Source: Candidatus Bathyarchaeota archaeon (GTDB lineage: Archaea; Thermoproteota; Bathyarchaeia; Bathyarchaeales; Bathycorpusculaceae). From it: DNA of 64,000 bases. Positions 40,834 to 52,938 of this stretch are shown here, in pieces; the first letter of the stretch is position 1, and each line of letters begins with the position of its first letter. The stretch lies in the NCBI GenBank assembly GCA_963777155.1, contig CAVZPM010000037.1, forward strand, positions 35,336-99,335, read 5' to 3'. The position numbers and the translations under genes were made by a program. Under the pieces are notes generated by a model that searched no databases, was not told the origin of the DNA, and worked only from the letters and a program-made list of their open reading frames with translations.

Positions 40834-42964
40834 GCCATATGCCTCTGTGTTCGAGCAGCCAGGATTGCGAGTTGATGATTTCTTGGTTCTTTTTAGGTGT
40901 TACCCGCTCGTAAGTCCCATCAGTAAGAAGTTTTCGGGATTTAACGTTGTCCTGCAAGTGTATTCTTAAAATATGCTCAAAGATTTCTCGTCTTATTTCG
41001 GGGTCAGGAACCGCAAATATTACTTCTATCCGTTCATTGAGGTTTCGAAACATTAAATCTGAGCTTCCAACTAATATTTCGTTTTGTCCTCCGTTCTGAA
41101 AATAGTAAATTCGGGCATGTTCAAGAAAACGACCCACTATTGAAACCACAGATATGTTGTCACTTACGCCTTTTATGCCTGGTCTTAAGCAGCAAATGCC
41201 TCTTACGTTAAGGTCAATTTTGACTCCAGCCATTGAAGCGGTATAGAGAGCCTGAATAACTTCTTTTTCTTCCAAGCTGTTTAGTTTGAAAGCTAGATAT
41301 CCGTTTCCAGTTTTTCGGTGAACAACTATTTCTCTTTCTATGCGGCGTAAAATCTCTTTCTTTAACGTCTTCGGAGCGACAAGTAAATGTTTGAATTCTT
41401 TTTCGTGCGATCGATGCGAAAGTACTTCGAAGAGTTCTGAAAGTTCTTTTCCTATTCCCGGTTTTGCAGTGAGATAACCAATGTCACAATAAATTTTTGC
41501 CGTGACCGAGTTGTAGTTGCCTGACCCTATATGAGAATATCTGGTAATGCCTGCTTTTTCTTTTCTCACAATTAAACAGAGTTTTGCATGGACCTTGAAG
41601 TTTGGGAAGTTGTAGACAACGTTTACGCCGGCCTCTTTCAGCTTCCAAGCCAAGTTTATGTTGTTTTCCTCATCGAATTTAGCTTTTAGCTCTATGATGG
41701 CTGTGACTTTTTTTCCTCTCTTGGCTGCCTCAATTAAGGCTTCAATTACGGGTGATTTCGAGTCCATTCGGTAAAGCGTTATGTAAATTTCTAAAACGTT
41801 CGGGTCCTTCGCGGCTTCCCTGAAAAGGTGAATTATCACTTCAAAACTATCATAAGGGTGGTAAAGGACAAAGTCTCTTTTTGCAATTGTTTTGAAAATG
41901 TTTTTCTTAGGTGTTAGTAAAGGCAGGGAACAGGGATTGAATCCTTTGTCTTTTAATTCGGGTCTGTCTATTTTGAGTAGTTGCCAAAGGTCTACAAGCC
42001 CAAGTGGACACAGCAAAATCATAGAGCAAATAGCTGGGTAAACCTGCTAAGTTAGACAATAATTCCCGCAGCGGTTCAGGCATTCTTTCGTCAAATTCAA
42101 GCCTGCTCGCGAATCCTTCTTTTCGGTTTTGGACGCTTTTCTTAACTGAAAGCAAAAAATCCGAAGACTCATCCATTACTATGTCTATTTCACCGTTACG
42201 TGTTAGCCTAAATGGAAAAGCGGCTATCACTTCTTCATTCGGATAAAGTAGGTCTAAGTTAGAAACTACTAATTCTTCTAAAAAGAACAATTCAGTAGGC
42301 ACATTTTCTTCTCTATTCTGAGAATTGGATTCATCTGTGGGAATTTCTATGAGTCTACCAAACTGTTCTGTTGGAACATCAACTATGTAGTTGATCTCTT
42401 GCCCCAGTTTGTTTTTTGTCACCACTAAGAGGTTTATGTGAAGATTTTCGATGAATACGTGAGCTATATCTTGTTTGTGGGTTTTAAAAGTAGGCAATAT
42501 TATGTTTGTAAAGTATTGGCGTAGTTTTTCTTTCTGGTTTTTGGTTAGATTACTATCTTTTTTTATGTAGATACCATTGTTTTGCAAGTTCTGGGAATAG
42601 TTCTTCTTTCCAGCATTTCGCATGTTTTTCAATGAGCGGAATAATCTCTCTTCTTGTTGCTTCAATTTGTTCGAATGCAGTCAATCCATCAATTGATTTA
42701 TCTATGGAACCTTTAGATACTTTTTTCAAGAGTCGAGGAATCCGAGTCATAAAGAATTCGTCAAGGTTGCTTCCAGCAATAGCTAAGAATTTTGCTCTCT
42801 CCAACAAGGGGATGTGTTGGATCCTGAGCTTCCTCCAGGACACGAACATTGAATCGTATCCAACTGAGTTCTCTATTTAAGAAAAAAGTAGAGTTGTCTA
42901 AGGCTATTTTCGGGAGAAGCATTTCGTGCGACGTTATTTTGATTAGGTTGTTGGATGTTGACAA
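40817..42964 (-). CDS. ppk1: Polyphosphate kinase 1, frameshifted
   Basis: [20 protein letters not shown]-x-[47 protein letters not shown]-x-x-RIE. Confidence 0.9.
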
Positions 42965-43277
42965 ATGGATCTACATCTCTGTAGTTTTTCAGCAATCAAG
43001 TAAGCTCGATAACAGAGAATAATTTGTTACAAGAACCTGCTATGTATAAGGTAACCAGATAAAAGAGTATAAAGCTTTTTGCGTTTATGTACTGCAGAGT
43101 AGAGATTTGATGCGGTTTTTATTTTCTCAAATTTTTGCTTAATGTTAAATACGCATAATATTTATAGAAACAAACTATATTTTTTCATATAAAAAATGTG
43201 CTCTGGTAGAATTTTTCATAAGCAATACTTTTTTCGGAGCAGCAACTCTTATATCAAGCTGAACTTAAATAGAATGC

Positions 43278-43710
43278 ATGAATTCTTTAACACTTAAAGA
43301 GATTGGCTTCTCTGATTTGGTTCCTCTTTGCAGTATTTCATTCTTGAATCTGCCTTATGACAAAAGCATTGTTTTTGCATTAGTTGACAAGAGTCTTTCA
43401 GGAAAAACAGGTTCCGACATAATGTACATTGGGCGCTCAAAGAAACCAGTTAAGAAAATTATGGGTAGTTACTTAGCAGGTTTTGGCGGAAAGAGCAGCA
43501 AAAAGATTTATTCAAAGCTATTTGACGAAGGGTACATAGAAAAGATCGCGCTTAAGTTGGATTGAAAGCGATAATCCTCGAGCTACTCAAAAAGAGTTTC
43601 TAAGCAAATTTGTTAAAGAACAAAGCGAGTATCCCATCTGGAATGTAGTCAAAAAATTGCCGGAAAAACCAAAGAACAATAAAGAAAGTTGCAAAGCCCC
43701 GAGTGCGTAA
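43278..43710 (+). CDS. Hypothetical protein, possible degenerate GIY-YIG-like fold, frameshifted
   Basis: IVFAL...DIMYIGRS...; second frame LSWIESDNP...FVKEQSEYPIWN. Confidence 0.45.
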
Positions 43711-43745
43711 ATCTGCGACTCCTTGAATCGCCGATCTGCAGCGGG

Positions 43746-44276
43746 TTAATTTGGTTTTTTTGAATAAAATTTGATCAATTCGTTAGTGGTCCATGGCAAG
43801 CAATCATTGACTCTGTAGCCCAAAATCTTAGCGTACTTATGGATCAACTCTATGTTTTTTGCTTCGATTTCAAGGTACGTCGGAATGTAAGCGTATTCTT
43901 TTTCAAGCGTATCTATATCAAACCGCAGGTCGTTAAGTTCGTAACTTGTTCGATGTTTTTGTATGCTTTCAGTCACTGACAAGCCTAGCAACTCGAGAAT
44001 TCTCTGCATTTTTGGTAAGTTTGAAACCTCGACTTCGTACTCTTCAGCTACTTTTGCAGATTGTTTGCTGAGGATTTTCTTAAACGTTAAAACCGACTGT
44101 TTCCCTTCTTTTCGTAGTCTAAGAACATTTTTTGCGTTGGCTATGCTGCTATCTTCAAAATCGAAGAAGTATGTTGTAATCTCGTCGTCAAAGATTTGTT
44201 TGGCCCCTAATTGTGTGAGTATTTCTTCAATTTTTTGTTTGTCGACATTTAGAACTTTAACTTCAATTTCTTTCAT
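43746..44276 (-). CDS. cyaB: CYTH/class IV adenylyl cyclase-like triphosphate tunnel enzyme
   Basis: EIEVK (ExExK), YFFD, LRLR, LTFK, EYEVEV, KHR, YLEIE. Confidence 0.85.
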   Translation of the reverse strand: MKEIEVKVLNVDKQKIEEILTQLGAKQIFDDEITTYFFDFEDSSIANAKNVLRLRKEGKQSVLTFKKILSKQSAKVAEEYEVEVSNLPKMQRILELLGLSVTESIQKHRTSYELNDLRFDIDTLEKEYAYIPTYLEIEAKNIELIHKYAKILGYRVNDCLPWTTNELIKFYSKKPN

Positions 44277-44416
44277 AAATCAGATGAAAACAACTCACCT
44301 TAAATCAATTTTGCCTAGTTCTAATGAATCCAAGAGCTCAGAAGTTTCTAAAACACGAGCTATCTTTTACGGCTCGGAACAGCGTATATGCAGGACATTT
44401 TCAATTGAGTAATGTT

Positions 44417-46967
44417 TCAGAATTTTACTCGTTTGTAGAAAATTCCTTTCACCACTTCACCCGCGATTATGTAGAATACAACAATTATTGACATCAAAAC
44501 AAGAACCAAGAGCGACGGCTGGGCAAAACCAAATAGTCTGCCAAGCGGAGTGAAGGGAAAGATAAGTGTGGCGCCAACAATCACTATGGTGGTTAACAGC
44601 AAATACTTCCCTGGAGAACTCTTAAAGAATGGTCTTCGGCTCCGAATAACCAGCACAATTAAACTTGCAGAAAGAACCGATTCTATGAACCATCCAGTCC
44701 TAAACAAGCTCCATAGGACTTTGCAGAACAAAAAGAAGCACTCCAAAGGCAAGATAGTCAAAAACTGAACTTAGGATGCCGAAAACTATCATGAAATTGC
44801 GGATGAAGGCGACGTTCCAGCGTCGGGGCTGTTCAACCATTTCACTGTCTACATTGTCTGTGCCGATGGTTGTCTCTGGGAAATCTGTCATCAGATTGGT
44901 AAGCAAAATCTGCCTAGGCAAAAGAGGCAGAAATGACAAAAAGAGGGATGCACCTGCCATGCTGAACATGTTTCCGAAATTTGCGCTTGTTGCCATGAAC
45001 ACGTACTTTAGAGTGTTAGCAAAGGTTTTCCTTCCCTCTTTCACTCCATTTGCAAGCACACCCAAGTCCTTTTCAAGCAAGACAATATCGGCGGATTCTT
45101 TGGCAACATCCACAGCGCTTTCAACCGAAAGACCAACATCAGCAGCGTGAAGCGCAGAGGCATCGTTGATTCCATCGCCCATGTAGCCAACCACATTTCC
45201 AGCTTTCTTGAGTGCAAGAATAATACGTTCCTTCTGGTTTGGTTCAACCTCTGCGAAAACATTTACTTCATTCACTTGCCGAAGCAATGCTTCATCACTT
45301 AAGGTGCGAAGATCTGAACCTGCAAGAATTTTTGGAGTTGGAAATCCGACTTGCTGACTGATGCTGGCTGCAACCAATCGGTTGTCTCCAGTTACAATCT
45401 TTAGGGAAATTCCAAGCTGCTTCAACTCTTTGATAGTCTCGGCGATTTTAGGCTTGGCAGGATCAAAGAGAACAAGGAATCCTAAGAAAGTCATACCGAC
45501 TTCACTGTCTTTGGCGATGAGTTTGTCAGATCCGATGTCTTTGTAAGCAATCCCCAGAACGCGAAAACCTTTACTGCTCAGTTCCTCGAAACGTTGCTGG
45601 ATCTGCTTTTGCACCCCAGCAATCGGAACAATCGTTCCTTCGGAAGTTTCAACTGAGGTGCATACGTCAAGCACGTTTTGCAGAGCACCTTTGGTGACCA
45701 TCAAATTCTTGTTGTCTTTCGACACCAAAATGCTTAGTCGCTTCCGAATAAAATCATATGGCACCTCATCCAGCTTCTGTGTAACCAGACACATCAACGT
45801 GAGTTCGCACAAATGGCGTCATCAATTGGATTTGTAAACCCGGTCTGATAAGAAGCGTTGAGATACGCGTAGAGTTGCGCTTTTTGGCTTGGGTTACCGT
45901 TAAAGTCAAGGACGGATTGTATTTTTATGATGCCTTCCGTCAAGGTTCCTGTTTTGTCGGAGCAGAGCACGTTCATGCTGCCAAAGTTCTCAATGGATGC
46001 GAGCCGTTTAACAATCACCTTCTGGGTTGCCATGATCTTGGCTCCGTGAGCTAAGTTAATGCTGATAATGGCGGGCAGTAGTTGAGGGGTGAGTCCAACT
46101 GCGAGTGCTAAGGAAAAGAGAAGAGAATCCAGCACAGGACGGGCAAAATACACGTTTATGGCTAAGGTGGCGACCACCAGCACCAACGTTACTTCCATGA
46201 GGAGATACCCAAAATGTCGGACGCCATGTTCAAACTCTGTTTCAGGCGGTCTGAGTTTTAGGCGTTCGGAGACTTTGCCGAACTCTGTTTGCACCCCGGT
46301 TCCTACAACAACGGCTTGGGCGCTGCCACTGACCACGTTGGTTCCCATGAAAAGACTATTTGTCCGCTGACTAAGTGATGTTGCTGGTGGCAGGATTCCG
46401 GCAGTTTTTTCAGCTGGAAAAGTTTCTCCAGTCAAGGATGCTTCGTTTACGAAGAGATCCTTTGATTCTAGAATTATGGAGTCTCCAGGTATCAGATCTC
46501 CAGCGTTGAGGATAATGACGTCGCCTGGCACGATTTTTTCAACAGGTATTTCCTTTGGAGTTCCATCGCGAAGTACGGTCGCTTTGGTTTGAACTATGGC
46601 CAGCAGTTTTTCGACAGCGTTGGCTGCGCCTCTTTCCTGCCAGAATCCAAGAAGGCTGCTTATGAGGATGATCGTTAGGATAATTATTGCATTTGTTGGC
46701 AAAGCACCCGCAGATACGTCAAGAAATAATGACAATCCGCCTGCAAAGATGAGGATAAGGATTAGTGGACTTTTAAATTGAGTTAGCAGGAGACGTTAGT
46801 GTACCTGATTTTTTCTTGGGTTTAAGAAGATTGGAGCCATATTTCGTGAGTCTTTTTTCGGCTTCATCGTCAGTCAAGCCTTTTGATGTTGTTTGAAGTT
46901 GGCTAAGAAGCTCAGAAGTTGGAACGCTCCAGAATGACTGATGATTTTGGCTATCTTGATTACTCAG
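44417..46967 (-). CDS. mgtA: Mg2+-translocating P-type ATPase, frameshifted; start approximate
   Basis: LTGETFP, AVGLTPQLLP, LCSDKTGTLT, PYDFIRKR, TGDN, GYMGDGINDA, SANFGNMFS, FRTGWFIES. Confidence 0.9.
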
Positions 46968-47414
46968 AGAAAACGCCTGGCAATTGGACTGAATTGCCTA
47001 AAATGATTAATTGAAAACAGGTCTATAAACAGTTTTATTGAAGGTTCAGCGTTGGGATCTGGACTTGGGGTTTACCTTTAGGTGTTCAACCGAAATTGTT
47101 ACTTCAAGAAACAAACATGAAAAGATCGAAGGAAACAAAAATCCTTCATCGACAACTTCCGAAACAGATAAATGATTAAAAACCTCGAATTGAATTAGGT
47201 GTTTTTGATAATTATACAATTTATTGAAGTTACTATATGGTTGGAGATATTTGACCAGTGACAATTTTATCTGCAAGTCAATCAACATCTTTTGATAACC
47301 CTTGTTAATAGAGGCAGTATTGTTTGGGAAAACGTGTTTTAGATATCGTGGATTCGTTAAGATTGGGAATTATGCGGTTGACCAGACCTAAGAAAGCGAG
47401 AATTTAACATCGAC

Positions 47415-47837
47415 GTGTTTGCTAATCCTGAGAAGTACGTACTGAGGTTGCCAATAGAAAAAATCGTTGCTGACACAAAAGTCGATCCAGAAGCTATAGA
47501 GATGTACAAAAAGAAGATCCAAAACGGGGAGAAAATTGCGCCCTTAATCGTGGTTAAGCACCCAAAATTTGATGTATATGCAGTTTTGGATGGTCATCAC
47601 AGGTATTATGCTCTTTTAGAATTGGGAAAAAAAGAAGTTAATTGTGCCTTGGCTGGAGATTTCTCTAGCCTAATGTTTTACATGACTGAACATGGTTATT
47701 TTCAACCAAAACCGGAAACCAAGGAAGAAAACCAAAAAAAGCTTATCCATTTACATGAAAATATCCAAGATTTTCTTCAAAATTTTCTTAAGGCACCAGA
47801 GAAGCTTCGAAAACCCAAAAACAAATCTGACGATTAG
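47415..47837 (+). CDS. ParB/sulfiredoxin N-terminal-like domain protein (start possibly ~47372)
   Basis: PLIVVK...YAVLDGHHRYYAL. Confidence 0.75.
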   Translation: MFANPEKYVLRLPIEKIVADTKVDPEAIEMYKKKIQNGEKIAPLIVVKHPKFDVYAVLDGHHRYYALLELGKKEVNCALAGDFSSLMFYMTEHGYFQPKPETKEENQKKLIHLHENIQDFLQNFLKAPEKLRKPKNKSDD

Positions 47838-48059
47838 TGCAGCGCGCACTGGTCGTCGATGATTGGATTGAATTTTAACCTCCAAACCCAAACTACTACT
47901 ATCATCCCCTCATCCTCCCATTCTCTCCCAGCAAAAACTGAGTAACAGTAACAAAACAAACAGACAAGAAATAGATTAGAAGAAACAAGACTTATAATGC
48001 GCTAAAGTAAATGAAACATCTGAAAGAATTATTGTTTCACAATGGTTGCATCATATCTT

Positions 48060-49082
48060 TTATGGATGAGCCCAATTGAGAAATGATTTAAAATCATACG
48101 AAAGCACCAAAGATGGCTCCACATAACAGTGAAGACTGCATTTCTGACAGTTTTGCGTGTCTTTCCAGTCGAAATCGGAAATTGCATTCTTAATGCTGGT
48201 ATCCAAAACAGAGATGGTTTTTGCATACTCATTCCGAACATAACAAGGCAAAACCAAATACCCTTCAGGACTCACATTAATCGTAGACCAAGGCTTACAT
48301 GTCCAGCTCCTCTCCTTTGCAAGCACATCCAAAATAGCCAACTGAATTTATCAACGGATAACCCCTTCTTCTTCAATTCAACAAGTTTTCCCAGATATGT
48401 CTCTGATTTTAAGTCTATCAGGACTTGATGCCTCGGTTTCATAGTATTCATGAGCTATTGCAACAGATATTTTTACGCCCAATCCTTTTGCCAACTCAAC
48501 CAAATCTTCAATCTCATCGATATTCTCATCCATTATCGTCGTGTTGATAATCACAGAAACCTTCTTTGAAGCAGCAGTTATGCCTTCTAGAGTCCTTTTG
48601 AAAGAGCCACTTACACCCCTGATTGCATCATGAGTTTTCTCTAAACCATCCAACGACACATAGATTGCGCCATTGATGTATTGTGCTATCTCATCTATTC
48701 TTGAGGCAAGAAGAGTTCCATTAGTGACCAAGCTAGTTTGTAAAGGCAAAGACCTAGAAAACGCAAGTATCTCCCTTAGATCCTTTCTAAGAAGCGGTTC
48801 TCCACCTTCAAACGCGATTGCACAAGCACCCGAATCATAAATCCGCCTCAAAATCGCTTTTTCAACCTCAGTGCTCAAATCCTTGTTGGATCTTTTCCAG
48901 AAGGGACACATCTTACATCGCAGATTGCAATTGTATGTTAATTTATGGCCGCAAAACAGCGGCATCTTAACTCCGAGCAAGTTAGAGAGTAGACCTCGAC
49001 AGAGACGTGACCCCAACCACAATGTCTCGAATCCTCGCCGAGACCTTTCTTCTCCATTCATCAAGTTGGAATACACAGTCAT
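48060..49082 (-). CDS. Radical SAM protein (PTO1314-like) with C-terminal Cys cluster, frameshifted
   Basis: CNLRCKMC, FEGGEPLL, VTNG, VSLDG; C-terminal CKPW...LPCY...CQKCSLHCYVE. Confidence 0.85.
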
Positions 49083-49419
49083 TCCTTTACATACCCCAAA
49101 AACACAATCTAGAACACATTCTGACTTAATAAATAATATATTTTAGAATTGCGGTTTTCTGCAGGCTTTGTTTAACCGCTCATACTGCTTTTGTCCTATC
49201 CCGGACATTAGAAATCACCCCAGTTCTCTAGACGAGTTTAAATCCTTGCATGATAATACATAGATTGTAAAGTCAGCGCTTTTGGAACAATTAAGAAAGG
49301 CAAGTCTCCAGTTCTTCGGTTAAATCCATCTTGCTCCGCTTGCTGGAGACGAGGAGCCTTCTAATTCCTAAAAACGTCGGCTATTAAAAAAAATTAACGG
49401 AAAATATTGAGGAATTAAT

Positions 49420-51072
49420 ATGGCATATTTAACACAAACCCAAAGTGGTCAACCTGTGCTCATTTTGAAGGAAGGAACCACTCGAAGCAGAGGCAAAGAA
49501 GCCCAAAGAAACAACATAATGGCAGCCCAAGTGATTGGTGAAGTCGTAAAAACAACTCTGGGTCCACGAGGCATGGATAAAATGCTAATCGACAGCTTAG
49601 GGGACATCACCATAACAAACGATGGCGCCACAATTCTTAAGGAAATAGACGTGGAACATGCAGCAGCAAAAATGATGATTGAAATCGCCAAAACTCAAGA
49701 TGACATGGTAGGCGATGGAACCACAACTGTGGTAGTGCTAGCAAGTGAACTTCTTAAGAAAGCTGAAGAACTTTTAGACCAAAATGTCCACCCAATGATT
49801 CTCGTTGCAGGATACCGCAAGGCAGCACAGAAAGCAATCGAAATCATCGCGAAAAATGCGGTGGCTATTGACGTTGAGGATCAAAAAATGATGATGAAAG
49901 TCGCTTTAACGGCCATGGGAAGCAAAGCTGTAGGTGGTGCCAAAGAACACTTTGCGGAAATAGCCATAGAAGCAATAAAGCAGATAACTCAAAAACACGG
50001 AGACAAGACGATTGCAGACATCGATAACATACAGTTAGTGAAGAAGACTGGAAAAAGTCTTGTCGAAACGCAACTCATCAGAGGAATAATCGTAGATAAA
50101 GAAATAGCCCATTCAGGGATGCCACGAAAGATAGAGAACGCGAAAATCGCACTTTTAGACGCGGCGCTAGAGATCGAAAAAACCGAAATAAGCGCCGAAA
50201 TACACATACGCCAACCGAACCAGATGAAAGCTTTCCTAGACCAAGAGGACAGCACACTCAAAGAGATGGTGGCAAAGGTCAAAGCTTCAGGCGCAAATGT
50301 TGTGTTCTGCCAGAAAGGATTAGACGATATGGTTCAACACTATCTATCTCAAGAGGGCATAATTGCCGCTAGGCGCATCAAAGAGTCAGACATGGAAAAA
50401 CTCGCGAAAGCAACTGGCGGAAGAATAAACTCCAATTTGAACGATCTAAAGACGGCAGATTTGGGTTTTGCGGGCTTAGTGGAAGAGCGCAAGATCGGCG
50501 ACGACAAAATGATTTTCGTTGAAAAATGCAAAGATCCCCATTCAGTGGCTATTCTAATACGTGCTGGCCTTGAAAGAATGGTCGATGAAGCTGAAAGAGT
50601 AATAATCGACGCTTTGTCTGTAATTTCAGATGTGACAGAAAACAGTAAAATTGTCGCCGGCGGCGGGGCTATCGAAGTTGAAATTGCTAAAGAATTACGC
50701 AATTACTCAACTAAAGTCGGTGGAAGGCAGCAACTCGCAGTAGAAGCTTTCGCAGACGCAATCGAAATAATTCCGCGCACTCTCGCAGAGAACGGAGGCT
50801 TGGAGGCAATCGACATACTCATAGAGTTACGTCAAGTGCACGACAGAGCAGATGGCAAACACATCGGCTTTAACGTGTTCACAGGTAAACTGCAAAACAG
50901 CATCGAAAACGGGGTAATCGAACCAATCGTTGTTAAAGAGCAAGCTATCAAATCCGCAGCCGAATCAGCAGCCATGATACTGCGCGTAGATGACGTCATA
51001 ACAGCCAAGGCTCCTAAAGGCGGTCCAGGTGGTCCAGGCGGCGGAATGCCGGGCGGCATGGGCGAAGAATAA
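49420..51072 (+). CDS. ths: Thermosome (group II chaperonin) subunit
   Basis: [29 protein letters not shown], Gly/Met-rich tail. Confidence 0.97.
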   Translation: MAYLTQTQSGQPVLILKEGTTRSRGKEAQRNNIMAAQVIGEVVKTTLGPRGMDKMLIDSLGDITITNDGATILKEIDVEHAAAKMMIEIAKTQDDMVGDGTTTVVVLASELLKKAEELLDQNVHPMILVAGYRKAAQKAIEIIAKNAVAIDVEDQKMMMKVALTAMGSKAVGGAKEHFAEIAIEAIKQITQKHGDKTIADIDNIQLVKKTGKSLVETQLIRGIIVDKEIAHSGMPRKIENAKIALLDAALEIEKTEISAEIHIRQPNQMKAFLDQEDSTLKEMVAKVKASGANVVFCQKGLDDMVQHYLSQEGIIAARRIKESDMEKLAKATGGRINSNLNDLKTADLGFAGLVEERKIGDDKMIFVEKCKDPHSVAILIRAGLERMVDEAERVIIDALSVISDVTENSKIVAGGGAIEVEIAKELRNYSTKVGGRQQLAVEAFADAIEIIPRTLAENGGLEAIDILIELRQVHDRADGKHIGFNVFTGKLQNSIENGVIEPIVVKEQAIKSAAESAAMILRVDDVITAKAPKGGPGGPGGGMPGGMGEE

Positions 51073-51125
51073 ATTTCCCCCTTTAGCGTTCGTTAAGAAA
51101 AACAAAGTTTGATAGGTTGAAAGTC

Positions 51126-51350
51126 ATGCCGAAATGTCCAAATTGCACAGCGCACACGCAAGGACCCGATAAGGAATGGGACTTTGGGCGATTCCGAATC
51201 AAGATGTATAAGTGCAAAAAATGTGGAAATCAATTTAGAGAATTTTACAAGGAAAATACGCTGAAATTTGTGTTGAGCGCACACAACGGTAGTTTAGGAA
51301 GAACCAGAGCCACAAAAGAAACAATTGACAGGCAAAAAACCTACAAATAA
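51126..51350 (+). CDS. Small Zn-ribbon protein, Cren7-like pattern
   Basis: MPKCPNC...PDKEW...KMYKCKKCGNQFRE. Confidence 0.6.
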   Translation: MPKCPNCTAHTQGPDKEWDFGRFRIKMYKCKKCGNQFREFYKENTLKFVLSAHNGSLGRTRATKETIDRQKTYK

Positions 51351-51507
51351 ACGTGCTTCTAACAAGGGCAAAAAATAATTTTTTCAATAGAAAGACGTCA
51401 TATTGAAGCAAATTTCGGAGTCACAATAGGGATTTCCCGATTGCTGTGGCTTCGAAATTATCCAAATCCTAAGTTAAGATATTGACGACTTAAAAGAGAT
51501 ACTGAAG

Positions 51508-51804
51508 TTATGGAATATACTCTTTAACAAGTTTTTCTGCTTGTTCTGTAGAAAGATAGTCCGACAGATACATGTGAATAAGTTCTCTCAAAGCATTTCT
51601 TCGCAGCTCCTTGTTGAATTGATTATTTGATGAATCGTTGATTCTACTATTCTGATTGTTGATGTTGCTGGTTGGATTGTTGATGTCGTAATTTGGATTG
51701 TAGAAGTCGCTATTCGGATTATTTAGGCAACTATTTGGATTTTCATCTTTGACCTTCAAGTCTTTGACAATTTTTCTGAATAATAAACCAATTGCAGCAG
51801 GCAT
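51508..51804 (-). CDS. Hypothetical protein with Asn-rich 7-residue repeats
   Basis: AAGGAG SD; NPNSCLN-NPNSDFY-NPNYDIN-NPTSNIN-NQNSRIN. Confidence 0.6.
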   Translation of the reverse strand: MPAAIGLLFRKIVKDLKVKDENPNSCLNNPNSDFYNPNYDINNPTSNINNQNSRINDSSNNQFNKELRRNALRELIHMYLSDYLSTEQAEKLVKEYIP

Positions 51805-51996
51805 AAAATTACTCCTTACTCCGTTGTGAGTCGAATATTTCTAAGGCGAAGCATACTTATTACATTATCATTTCTCTAATAGAATCTTATTTCGGTAACA
51901 CACACAAAATATTGCGCAGCCTAAAAAAATAGGGTTCAATTGGTCCCTAAAAAATTGAAAAAATAGTAAGTGAGCACAAGAACGCTTCTACACCAA

Positions 51997-52575
51997 CTAT
52001 TTCACTATGACCTTGTGTTTTTTAGGCTCGGGTGCAATCGTCTTCTTTGGGATGCAGACTTCAAGTAATCCATCCTTAAAGGTGGATTCAGCTTTTTCAG
52101 GGATTACTTCTTCGGGGAACGAGAGCTGTTTGTAAACATGCCTATAAACGCGTTCTCTGACAACAAAGTTCTTCTGCTTGTCTTCCTTTTCAATGTCTGT
52201 TTCAGCCGAGATTTCGATACCTTCACTGGTCAGGGCAACGTCAATCTTGTCTTTTGCCACGCCGGGCAATTCTGCATGTACCACAAATCTCTTTCCCTCA
52301 TCAACCAGATCTACAGTTGCCTCGCGAACTGGAGTAGCAGGTTCAAGACTTACCCAATCCCAGGGAAAAGCTATGCTTTCTATGAAATTTCTTCGAAAAT
52401 CACCAACCAAATCGTCAAAAGTCGTTAGAACATGAACCGCGGGAACATGCTTTGCAGGAACGTGTTTGACTGGAAGGTGTTTAACAGCAATATTTTTTAT
52501 GGGTTTTACTGCGATTTCAGCCTTTTCGACCGCCTTAACCGGTGCCTTTCTTTCTTCTTTACTCATTTTTTTCAC
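51997..52575 (-). CDS. hsp20: Hsp20/alpha-crystallin small heat-shock protein
   Basis: VDLVDEG...AELPGV-x-KD-x-I...RER...FKDGLLEV-x-IPK. Confidence 0.92.
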   Translation of the reverse strand: MKKMSKEERKAPVKAVEKAEIAVKPIKNIAVKHLPVKHVPAKHVPAVHVLTTFDDLVGDFRRNFIESIAFPWDWVSLEPATPVREATVDLVDEGKRFVVHAELPGVAKDKIDVALTSEGIEISAETDIEKEDKQKNFVVRERVYRHVYKQLSFPEEVIPEKAESTFKDGLLEVCIPKKTIAPEPKKHKVIVK

Positions 52576-52684
52576 CTCGATAAAATTTTATTATTGAAAA
52601 TTGTAACTTTGAAACTATCTTATTCTATTGCAGCAAGATAGGTGCTGCAATTTCTTTGATGCATGTCTGCACTTATTGGGTCCT

Positions 52685-52882
52685 TTATCCTCTGTTGGGG
52701 GCAAGCTTGAATTGTCGGCGTTGTTTTTTTCCGCGTGATTGTCTGGTTCCTGTTTCGGTTTTGTTGCGCTTCTCTGGTTCTTTTTTCTTCTCACTGGTGT
52801 ATCGTTCTTGTTGTTTTTTTAGGTGAGATGTCTGTGGCGATGTTTCTTTCTCGTTAGGTTTTATATTCTCTTTTTCACTCAT
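52685..52882 (-). CDS. Small basic hydrophilic protein
   Basis: GAGGTGA SD; K/R/E-rich 65 aa. Confidence 0.5.
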   Translation of the reverse strand: MSEKENIKPNEKETSPQTSHLKKQQERYTSEKKKEPEKRNKTETGTRQSRGKKQRRQFKLAPNRG

Positions 52883-52938
52883 TCGATTTCACCTCGACGT
52901 GGGTTTTTTAGTAAAATGGGTTGCTTGAAAATGCAATC

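Noticed and set aside
47046-47288. 80-aa ORF upstream of mgtA as a leader peptide
   Set aside because: No SD, no Pro-rich MgtL-like character, and not adjacent to the start.
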